Part shown: piece by piece, positions 1 to 10,701 of the stretch
Numbering within the stretch: the first letter of the stretch is position 1
How the letters are laid out: each line of letters begins with the position of its first letter
Origin: Yuukianura sp. NJ FZ-2021
Taxonomy: Eukaryota
Length of the DNA stretch: 64,000 nucleotides
Assembly (NCBI GenBank): GCA_046563655.1
Contig: CM102285.1
Location: 9,982,001-10,046,000, forward strand
Direction of reading: 5' to 3'
The notes under the pieces: model-generated
What the model saw: only the letters and a program-made list of their open reading frames with translations
Databases searched by the model: none
Told to the model about the DNA's origin: nothing
Position numbers and translations under genes: made by a program

Positions 1-2853
1 AGCTCACCTTTGAGTTTTAGCTCTTCAACGACAGTGCTATTAAATTCAAATCCATTCCGGAGTGTTACAAAGCAGTAAGCCACCTCTCCTTTGACGTCAT
101 GATAAGCAGCTACCACAGCACTCTCTGCCACAGCTTTGTGTTCGATTAGAGCCGATTCCACTTGTGCAGTGGAGAGCAAATGACCCGAAACATTCAGCAT
201 GTCATCTACTCGGCCAGTAATCCAGAGATACCCATCTTCGTCTCGACTAGCACCTGAATATGAATATAAAAGACAGACATTATGATGAGTAGGCAATTCA
301 AAGTGAATGCACGGTCAAACTGAATCCAAAGTTCCTACCGTCACCAGTCAGGAAGTATCCCGGAAACTTTGTAAAATAAATGGTTTCAAATCTGGCGTGA
401 TCGCCATAGACGGTTCTCATGAGACTTGGCCAGGGTTGCGAAAATACAAGATAGCCTTCCCCTGAAAACACAATTCAGAAGATAACCAGAGAATTAAGTT
501 TCTCTAAAACATTACAATCTATAGGATCCATACCTGGCCCTTCGATAACATTCCCCTCTTCGGTCAACAGCGCTGGAACAACTCCGAAGAATGGAAATGT
601 AGCGGAGCCTGGTTTAAGGGGAATTGCTCCTGGAAGTGCAGTGATGACATGTCCCCCGGTTTCGGTTTGCCAAAACGTGTCAACAATGGGGCAGTTTCCA
701 TTTCCCACGACATTATGATACCAAAGCCAACTGCAAAAGACGATTACACATGATATTTACAGAACACGAAGTGACATAAGAGTAAGAACGAAGTTTTAAC
801 AGCACTATTCGACTTACGCTTCTGGATTGATGGGCTCCCCAACAGTGCCAAGGGTCTTCAGTGAGCTGAGGTCATGCCTGTAAAATAAAGCACATTTAAG
901 GAAATGCGTAATAGTGAATTACTGCCAAAATGTACTTCTCTTGCATACTTTGTTACTGCCGCGTCTCCAAATTTCATTAAAGAACGTATTGCCGTCGGGG
1001 CAGTGTAGAATTGATTGACTTTGTATTTCTCGACGACTTCCCAGAATCTTGATTCCGTAGGGTGAAACGGAGTACCCTCAAACTAAAAGATAGAAAAATC
1101 TGTTGAAAGTGGGGTGAAAAAATTGGTAGTCAATTTTACCATTATGGATGTTGCGCCGTTGGCCAGTGGACCATACAATAAATAGCTGTGTCCTGTAATC
1201 CACCCCACATCGGCAGTGCACTGAAAATGAAATACGTTTAGGGGTAAGTTACGTACAATTCCAGCAAAGCCAACCTAAGCCACTAATATTTACCCAGTAG
1301 ATGTCTCCAGGATGGTAGTCGAAAACGTACTTGAATGTCGTTGCTGTAAAGATCATGTAACCAGCGGTTGAATGAAGAACACCCTGAAAAGCAATGTTTA
1401 GATTTAAATTAAACGAAGATAGTACAGTGTATTTACTAAGGTATCAAATCATACCTTGGGTTTCCCGGTAGAGCCGCTATAAAAGAATTAAACAAGATCA
1501 GTTTACTTTGAAATGAGAAGTATTTTTTAGATATTCTTCAATTAAAAGTAAAGTAATTAATTACCTCGTGTACAACATAAACAGTGGATCCTCCGCGTCC
1601 ATCCATTCGGGTTTACATTCTTCTTCAGCAGACTCCATTAATTCGTGATACCATTTGTCCCGAGTTTTATCAAATGGAGACTCATGGTCGTATTGCTTTT
1701 TCTTTCTTGGAGACTCGTTGCCAGCCTGCTTGCCAAGGTTCACTGCTAGACGAGGTAGATGCTTCACTACGACGCAATGCTCAATTGTGTGGCCTCCATC
1801 AGCACAAACTTTGATAGCCTATCAGAACAAAGGTTCGGAGTTTAACGATTAATCTATGAAAGCTCTTGGATTTTTTAAAAAGAGTGTTTGCCTGATCAGC
1901 TATTTCTTTCAGGATGATAATTTTATTCCCTCTCCAGACTCCATCTGCAGTGACAAGCACTTTGCACTTCGCGTCCAACATCCTGTCTCCAAGTGATGCA
2001 GCAGAAAATCCTCCAAACTGCCAAGAAAGCAGATATTAAAAACAACTAAAACGATAACGGAAATTCTCTTTTGCTAAACAACTCACCACCACTGAATGAA
2101 TTGCACCGATTCTAGCACATGCTAGCATAGCCACAGCTGCTTCCAGAATCATTGGCAAGTAGATTCCGACGCGATCCCCCCTTTTAACTCCAAGAGATTT
2201 TAGAGAATTTGAGAATTTACAAACTTGGGTCAATAGTTCGCCGTAAGTGATTTTGTCTTCATCTGCTGGATCGTTTCCTTCCCTGAAGGAAAAAAATGAG
2301 CATGTTGAAGAAATACAAACTGAAGCAGAACAACAAAGTTTAACGCTTACCAGTAGAAAGCAACAGTATTTTTGAGATCATGCTTATTGATGTTGTGGTC
2401 TAGCACATTATAGCAAATATTCGTAGTTGCACCAGCCATGAATTTCGTGTAAATGGGTCCATTTTTGATGTTGAAGTTATACTCAAACAGTTTCTTGTCA
2501 TGCGGTTGTGGCGTTTCAAAATGAAACTGTTCTGCAATTTTCTTCCAAAAGACTTCCGGTTCATCAATTGAATTCTTGTACATTTTCTTATATTCTTCTT
2601 CGTTTTTAACATAACTGTTCAGCGAGTACGCTTCAGCAGGGCGATACAGCTACAAAACGAAAAGAAAAGATTAATTAACGCAAGACCAACAATACGCAAC
2701 GAGATGCAAGCAAACGAGTACATGAAGCTCCCCAGATCCAGGCATTGCTTTATCCTTGCCCCTATGAATCAATTTTGAATCTTCTAAATTCGTCAGGGAT
2801 GGATCACCGCTACTATTGCCATTTTTGATTTTTATATCCTTTTCTAGAGTCAT
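1..2853 (-). CDS. AcCoAS: Acetyl-CoA synthetase (ACSS2-like), multi-exon; 3' end runs off the left edge
   Basis: Spliced translation gives AMP-forming ACS motifs: [74 protein letters not shown]. Introns are GT-AG, with an ATG at 2853 and a donor near position 7. Confidence 0.95.
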
Positions 2854-3924
2854 CTTCGAAGCCTAAAATCAAACGGAGAAAAATAACTTCAATAACAGGT
2901 ACGTACAAGGTCAGGGTGACAAAAAACATTTACTAATACTAAGTGAAGTAGTGAATGAATACTCCACTATAATATAATATAGTTGTTAGCTTTCACAGAA
3001 ACAAAAGCGACGAACTCTGCGAGATGACTAGTCTTTGGGGTTAATTAATTACTAACCCCCTAGTCGTGACCGTGGGTTCGAAACGGAGGTAGATTTATGA
3101 CACAGAAAGCAACTACGTAAAGGCCGTTAATGAATGCCTAAAAGTCGTCAGCAAACAACAAATGGCAAATATGGCACCTTACTTTACTGTTAATCAATGA
3201 ATTGATGAGAGAACGGATCTGAGCAGGGAAGTAAGCCGATACTTGTTACCAGCTGATCTAAGTAAACAAGAGGTGAAGTGCTCCAGCTGACTGATAAAAA
3301 TGCTGGACAGACGGTGATAACTGGCTTCCCGAATCCCGAGAATCTGGCCCTGGCGTGGGTGTTACCGTTACCTACTTACTACTAATTAGAATTGAATTAC
3401 TTAGCAACTTAATATAAGTTCTGACTTTACTTTACGGACTGCTCTGTGTAACTTGTATTTCTTCAAAAATACAGTGACCTTGATGATGAACTTGGCATTT
3501 GAAAGTGAAGCACGTGCCCATATGCTCTCATATCAGGCTTTAAGACTGTGACGCATCTTTTATATCGATTTGGCTTAAATGTTGGAAATTTCCCAATTTA
3601 TAGTGCTGCATCGATCACTGGTCCTGCGATCGATGCAGAAAAACGAAAACACTCGAGTTCATAGTGAGTTGTCCTAAATTCACTTTCTGCAATTGATTCC
3701 TCGACGCGACACATCAAAATGTCCGAGGGTTTGGAAATTACAATTGGCAAATTATACGAATAATTAAAAATGCATGGTATAAAGGTATAAAGGCATGCAG
3801 TTTATTTCACAATTAAAGGGATACTGCAGGGATATTCGCGAAATATCTTCAAAAACGTGAGATACAAAATAATTAATTTAAAAAATCACATCAGTCAGGA
3901 AGCGCCCGTTTCATCAATTCGTTT

Positions 3925-6750
3925 TCATAGATTTATGATTTCCGACACTTTGATGTTCTGATCGACATTTCGGGCTGAAAGAGTAAAACAAAACATTACA
4001 TAAGTTAGCTATTAGCTTCACAATAATCATGAAGGTGTTTAGATAGGTACTTACGATTGAAGTAACCAGTATCGGTTGGGGAACTCGGAGAAGGTACAAA
4101 TGGCGGTTGAGCCTGCGTCATATTATCCCAAGGTAAATCTCCAAAGAATTTGTGAAACTCTGAACTCCGAAGTCGGGAAAGACTCGGACGCTTCTCTGGC
4201 TCAAGATCCAAAAGAGATTCAATACAACTCTGAACTGCCGGGTCAGTTTCAGGTGGAAATTCCAAATCTCTTGTCTGGATGTTATGGAAAATCGTATTCA
4301 GAGATTCACCGCTAAATGGAAGACAGCCGACAACGAACTCGTACAAACAGACTCCAAGGGACCACCAGTCAGCGGCGGGACCTGGACAAGGAGTTGAAAA
4401 TTGTACGAATTCAGAACTTCAGCACATATGGAAAAATTTTTCTAAAAAGTACCGTGAGTTTGCTTTGCGATTATTTCTGGAGCAAGATAATCGGGAGTTC
4501 CAATAATGCGTGCTCCAGAACCATTTGGTGGTGACTTATTCTTTTCTCCTGACGACATCGCTTGATCATACACTGACGAAGCTCCTGAGCTGCCAGCATT
4601 ATTTACACTTCCAATCGCTAGTTTTCGCATGTGCATGGAAATTCCAGTTCTGGATCTTGAACTTGAGCTTATCCAGCGTTTTCGTTTGAACGAACCAGAT
4701 CCAACCTTCTTGGCAGAACTGTGAATGGAGATGTTATGGCTGGGATTTACATCAGATGGAATTTTTATGGGTACTGCTTGTGTTAAGTTGAGGTTGTCGA
4801 TCAAATTCATGTAGTTGGTCCTTTGGGTATAGTCTCTACGGACATACTCGGGGCTGATCTGTAAACTTCCAGTATTCGGTGTAACTTCGTATGCGGTTGA
4901 ATTCTCAGGAGCAACGGCACAAGCCAGTTGAGATGGATCGTCACGTTTAAAATTGAGGCTTTCCACGGTATCCACGACTAAGCTTGCCGTAGTCGTTAAT
5001 GGGATCCCCTCTCCAATACTTTCCCCAGCAGTTTTGTACTTCTGGCTTCCCCCTGTGCTGGCAGTAGATCTGTGTCGCTTCGATGGATTCTCAACGGGTT
5101 CTGGGTCATAGGAGTAAGCATCGCTCGAATATGGTGTTTCCAGGGGGAGCAGAGGTGAAATAAAGGGTTGAGGTATATTCCGGGATGATTCAGGCCCAAC
5201 CGGTGAACTGTGATGGAATTCGGCTCTTGGCGACACAAGCTCCGGTGAAGTTTTTGCTGGGTTCGGACTTTCGAACGTAACATTAAGGTACGATCCGTAC
5301 TCGACGCACTTAGTCAGTTTTTCCGTTGGAGTTTGAATTATGGACCAGTCATTCATATCGTATCTATCAACAAAGCACACATTATTTAGTATTTCTCACT
5401 ATTACGTTAGCAGTAAAATTTGCTGTTTTCAAGTATACTTGGGCAATTCTGGACTGAATTTGTCCATGCTTTGCATTGGTACGACAGCAGCTTTGTTCTC
5501 AACGTTCCTGAGCTTCCTGAGGGGTTTCCGAAAACGCCTGTTCTGAACCTTGACACTTGAATATTCTTGGCTACATGTTGGCGTCAGCATGTCACAACTC
5601 ATAGACATACTGGAATTTTCATTTCCGCGGAGATTTTCTGGTTTCTCTTTATAGTTTTCGAAAGACTTGGAGACATCAGGGCTTGAGGCAGGCTGAAATT
5701 GAAACAATATTAAAATGAAATCACCCAAACCATTGCCCGCACACCATGAATAACCTTACAAAACAGAACTCCGTTTTCAATGACATTATTTGACCCGGCG
5801 TAAAGTTGGTCATTCGCCTTGGGGTGAGATCTGAAATGTTTACAAGTTTACTACCTTCTTTCATAGAAAGCGTAGAATGAAGTTAAACGCAAAAGTATAT
5901 GTAGGTTTTCATTTAATAGTCTTATACTCGTACCGCTTTCCATACTGACACGACTTAGACCAAAGTCAGTCAACTTGACATGACCTCTTCCATCGATCAA
6001 CACATTATCGGGCTTGACTGTAAAACAAACGATTTAAAAAAAATCCAATAGATAATTCATTATACAATTGGAATGGAATGGAACATACTGTCTCTGTGCA
6101 CCACTCCGCATTTATGTATAAAATCCAGAGCCAAGCTGATTTCTGCAGTATAAAATGCAGCCGCCGGAACATCAAAGAATCCCATGATGGACAGCAACGA
6201 CTTCAGATCACCACCGATCATGTACTCCATAACCAAGTAGACAGTTGTTGGCGTTTGTAAGGAGTAGAACAACCGAACACAAAACGGGCTAAAGATCCAG
6301 TAAATCAAGTTATAATTCCTTTTCCTAAAACAGCTGAAATGAAAATAAGAAATTAGTAGAAACGCATACTCGGCTGCAGAAAGACAAAATGCTTTCCGTT
6401 CAATGTGGACACTGTTCACCATGTTCTTCCTTACTACATCTTCCTTCTTTATCGCCTTTATAGCGTACAGGACTTCCGGTTTGTCCTTCCGGTAACCCAA
6501 GAACACCTTCCTGAAACCAAACGGAAACATTGGTCCATTGAGTTGGACAAATTACAACAGAAACAATGAATTACCCATAAGTTCCTCGACTAATGGGCTT
6601 GATGAATTTAAAATCGTCGATGTGCTTAGCTACTCCAGTATTCATTGGATCATTCTCTGTTGATGAAATTGAGGCAGGCGTTGTAATCGGTGGTCGAATA
6701 TTACCGTGCTGTTCACGGTTTAGTTGTAAATCAGTTGATGGCGAAGGCAT
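3925..6750 (-). CDS. gwl: Greatwall/MASTL Ser/Thr kinase, multi-exon
   Basis: Motifs DDFKFIKPISRGTYG, YAIKAIKK, YLVMEYMIGGDLKSLL, HRD|IKPDN, HVKLTDFGLS and TPGQIMSL. A ~400-aa low-complexity insert precedes IIGTPDYLAPE, which is the hallmark of Greatwall. The tail reads PPFVPSPSSPTDTGYFN|PRN. ATG at 6750, TGA at 3925-3927. Confidence 0.93.
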
Positions 6751-7273
6751 TTTCTACTGAAAAACTCGTGGGTGTAGCTAACAGATTTCGTTTATTATTG
6801 TGTTAACTAGTGCATTGATTGAAAATTGAATGAGAGCTAAAATCCATTCCAATCAATTCGGAATGAAATGTGTTGATCTTCAAACATCAAATGATGTTTA
6901 CGGTTTCTTCCCGCTTTCTTCTTTGGTGGTGCGAATTTATTTTGAACCGTATCCCTTCCCGTTAAAGTCTCATGTACTAAAAAAGATGCAAAACAATTCA
7001 GGAAGTTTATTTTTAAATACAGTAGCATCGATTAACAATTTACGGACTTACTTACGATTTTTTTTATATTCGAAATTCAGTGTAGTAATTAGAGTTAACA
7101 AAGTAGTCTCTGAGTTTTAATCGTATTAAATATGTAGTTATAAACTTTTCCTCCATTTCGGTTCGATAACTGGAAAAATCAATGTCCTCAATTTCAGAAT
7201 TAACAAAATGAAAGTTTGAGGTAATTAATTATAATTAATTCTCTATATAGATAGATATAGATATAATTAATAA

Positions 7274-8017
7274 TTATCCTCCATGTAACGTCGAAATGAA
7301 GGAGATTTTATCCCCTTCCGAGAACACGTAATTCAGTTTATCATCCTATAATTCAACAAAAATACAAACATAAATTGATTTAATTCCGTAAGAATAAGTC
7401 GCAAACGAATACTAAAATGTTTTACCAAAAGTTCCCAGTCCATGTCATTCACCAGGACCAAAATACCAGGTCGCCTGTTCAAAAAGATCAAATACAACTT
7501 CTGAATTTACGTTTTACTTTGAATTTAAGTTTTGTTTAAAACCTTACACGTCATCGTCCCCGGAAAGCAATAATTCTGGACGCTCAACAATGAGGTTACT
7601 TTTAATCCACTTCAACAGATATCCAATTGTATCTAGAAATTCCGGAGTTACATAATATTTAGAGCCTAATGTATTGTAAAAACGTTCAAAACTACTTTAT
7701 TTTGAAGATTTTTAGAAAACTCACAGTTGTCCGTGCTCAGTTCATCACTTAGTTCTATTACAGTTTCACGGATGTTGCCCACTAGCTTGTCAGCTCCTCC
7801 ACTGAAATTAAAAATAGACATAGAATTCTTGGGTTCGAAATTATTAATCCAACCAATTACAAGTAAATAATAGGTTAATGATTTCTTCATACCCAAAACT
7901 TAATTGAACTTTTCGCAAGGCTCCTTTCGTATTCCTTGAAGAAGATGCTTCAGAAACATCTTGTGAATCTCCAAGAAACGCCGACGACGCTTCATCCCCC
8001 ACCAACCGAATCCGATA
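7274..8017 (-). CDS. URM1: Ubiquitin-related modifier 1 (sulfur carrier); start codon unresolved
   Basis: Exons 7893-8017, 7725-7801, 7548-7632, 7426-7474 and 7274-7345 splice (GT-AG) to ...KVQLSFGGGADKLVG...[54 protein letters not shown]. This has the URM1 signature RPGILVL and the C-terminal HGG. Mostly missed by the ORF track. Confidence 0.93.
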
Positions 8018-8600
8018 CTGAAAATGTCATAAAAATTGAAATTCTTTGTTTAGTTTCATGGTTGTTCCTTCATCGTGATTCTTTCTTAATGCTTTATCAG
8101 TTTTGCTAGCAATGCTTAGGAAGTATACGTTTTAATTTTTAGAAAATTTTCGAAGTACAATTCCAAGTCGGGTCTAAGTGCGTCCTCAAGGGCGTGCGTT
8201 TTTGTATAATAAACATTGTGGTAAAACCTGTTCGGGTATACACGGATCTTCAGCTTTTATGAAATCACATTGTTCATCGCATGATTAATTTATCACAGAT
8301 TGAGCTGTCAATTATTCCGATCATGACGCTCAAGAAATTTTGGAAGTGGTTTTAGTGAAACCAGCCACGCCCAACTAAATTATACTACTCAATACCTAAG
8401 CAAGTTTTGGCAATACCCAGCATTCCAGAGATTAAAAAAAAATTTAAGAAAAAATTTGAGTTTTTTCATAACCCGGAAAGGAATTTTGTAGGTGCGTTTT
8501 CCAAAGGAATTGATTTAAAATAAGCTACTGAATAGGATACATACGCGCGAGTTCGACCACACCTTGACCAATCCAAAAAAAAAAATTAGAACTGGAGTAG

Positions 8601-8608
8601 TATAAATA
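8601..8608 (+). promoter_or_regulatory. TATA box of the small cuticle-like gene
   Basis: TATAAATA lies ~85 nt upstream of the ATG at 8686, with an Inr-like TCAATT near 8639. Confidence 0.6.
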
Positions 8609-8685
8609 GGGCACTACTTCTACGATATAACAAGAAGCTCAATTTCAAACGTTAATTTTGTGCTAACGCAAAATCCATCGATAAG

Positions 8686-8979
8686 ATGTTCAGACAACTG
8701 GTAAGTGAGCGGATAGCTAATTGAAAGTTATCCGGTGTACCTTGGCTAATTTAATTAATCGTATTGCTTTGATTTTGCGTTTAGTTTCTCTTTGCCCTTG
8801 TGCTCGCTGTAGCACTCGCCGCGCCTACTTTGCTCTACAGCAGCGTTGGACATGTTCCATATTCTAACGGTTGGACCGATGGACCTAACAACGGAGTCGG
8901 ACCAGCAGTGGTTTACCACGCTCCAGTCGCAACATATGCTGCTGCTGCCTATCATCCTGCGGCCGCCTATGTCATCTAA
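8686..8979 (+). CDS. Small secreted Ala/Tyr/Pro-rich cuticle-like protein (69 aa, 2 exons)
   Basis: Exon 8686-8700 (MFRQL, donor GTAAGT) plus exon 8785-8979 give MFRQLFLFALVLAVALAAPTLLYSSVGHVPYSNGWTDGPNNGVGPAVVYHAPVATYAAAAYHPAAAYVI*. It has a signal-peptide-like N-terminus, a short first exon and YHAP/AAAY low complexity, all typical of arthropod cuticle proteins. AATAAA at 9096. Not in the ORF track. Confidence 0.8.
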
Positions 8980-9019
8980 ACGTTGACCAGGTTTTCCAGC
9001 CAAACTTTACTGCTGATGC

Positions 9020-10281
9020 TCAAAACAATTCGTATAACACTCTTCCCTTCAAAAATTGTTAAAGTTAAAGTTGGTGAATTCAATTCTTTCGAAAGAATAA
9101 AATAAAAGAGTAGGCATACCTGCTTGTCCCGATTTCGATCAAATGCTTTCATCCTTGCAACTGCTTCAGCGTAAGCAGGAGAAATTGGAGGCTGAACTGG
9201 AGGAAGCGATTTGTAGCCTTTGGGAAGCGAATATGTTGTGTCAGAATCGAATCCACTGAGGTCGCCACACAACACCATTGGTACCAATAGAGCTTCGGTG
9301 GGGTTGTAAGGTGTGAACCCGTCGTCGGATGGCTCCATTGCCTTTGCCTTTCTGCGTAACTCGGGGTCAACGAGGTTTTCATACCGATTAAAGGCAAAGA
9401 AGGGCGCGTCTGGAGAATATGATTTTGGTAATTGGAACCCACGAGCCAGTATGAAACTAAAAGTATACAAAAAACCCAGGAATTTTAGCAACATCTTATA
9501 GTGTGTGAAATTAGTAGAAGGTGAAAAATATTTCGGTAATAACCATTCGGCACTGGACATTCTGCTGCTCCGTGGCTTCGTCAACATAACGTCTTTAAAA
9601 AATATCCGGAACCTCATGTACGTGGATTTTGTATTGTCATCGTTGCCTCTGAAGAATTTGGAAACAAAAGTCCCATTTGTGTCCAGAATACAAATTGCGA
9701 TGTTTAGTGCTGCCAGGACAAGCCGGGACTGAAACACTTGATCCAGAGGGACAAATCCAATTACGTCAGGAGCTCCTGGAGTAGAAATATTAACAGTAAT
9801 ATGGCCTGGTTTTTAAAACCCCGGGGGTAAAAGAATTCTTATTAATTGTTCTTACCATCACAGACAACAAGTTGCGCTTTATGACCTCCCAGTCTGGTTA
9901 TAATTTCGTCCGCCGTTTCCTTTCGAGTAATATCCCCTTTAAGGCAAGCAACGCCTGGCAATGGTGCCATAGTTTGTAGATCAACTGCTACAATATTTGT
10001 CTCATCTTCGCTTCTTGGGAGCTGCTGAGACAGTACTTGACTCCAACTTCCAGGAGCTGCACAAAGGTCAACAGCTTTTGTCACATTCTTAAAGATATTA
10101 AAAGTCTGGTCAATGTGAAGAAGCTTAAAAGCGCTACGGGCTCGCCATCCTTCTTCCTTAGCCAACCTATGGATTGGACAAAATAAAAAGCTCATAAATT
10201 CAGTACCTAATTCAATACCGCTAATTAATGATTGATTTACCTGTAAAATATATCGCGCCGATCTTTAGAGGCTCTCCCCAT
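9020..10281 (-). CDS. FTSJ1: tRNA (cytidine32/guanosine34-2'-O)-methyltransferase FTSJ1/Trm7
   Basis: Exons 10241-10281, 9856-10166, 9544-9775, 9120-9456 and probably 9020-9046. Motifs [80 protein letters not shown] and [10 protein letters not shown]. Confidence 0.93.
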
Positions 10282-10701
10282 GTTATCAGCGGGCTAACTC
10301 TTAACAAATATTATTGAATTAATGTGTGTTGAGTCGGTCTCTTCTCTGGTCTCGGTCCTTTTAAGTGGCAACAAACTAACATGTAAATTAATTCATCACA
10401 CACATGAACAATCACAATTTATTTGATTTGATTTGATGAATGAAATTTATGTGTTTTTCGCCCGCGCTGCTGTGTGATGGGCAAGAGCATGTGATTCTCA
10501 TATGTTTGTAATGATCAGCTGTTTGTCTATGTGACATGTGCACATGTGAGGGCATGATAAATCAATCACTGACATCTCAAAAACCGGAAGATCAACGTTA
10601 AACAAAGCTTTAGTTACTAAAACGAATTTCGTCATTGATTTAATTACTGACTAACTATTGAATTATTGATTGAATATAGCATTTGATCTTCATTTACAGA
10701 T
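10282..10701. promoter_or_regulatory. Probable bidirectional promoter between FTSJ1 and GTPBP10
   Basis: Head-to-head ATGs lie 420 bp apart. The interval has a cluster of E-boxes (CACATG/CATGTG, CAGCTG), including the perfect palindrome ACATGTGCACATGT at 10534-10547. Confidence 0.55.

Noticed and set aside
3070..3090. GGTTCGAAAC B-box as a possible tRNA
   Set aside because: No cloverleaf, acceptor stem or A-box could be built.
8755..9003. Minus-strand 82-aa ORF
   Set aside because: It is the antisense shadow of the + strand cuticle-like gene, which has a TATA box, splice signals and a signal peptide.
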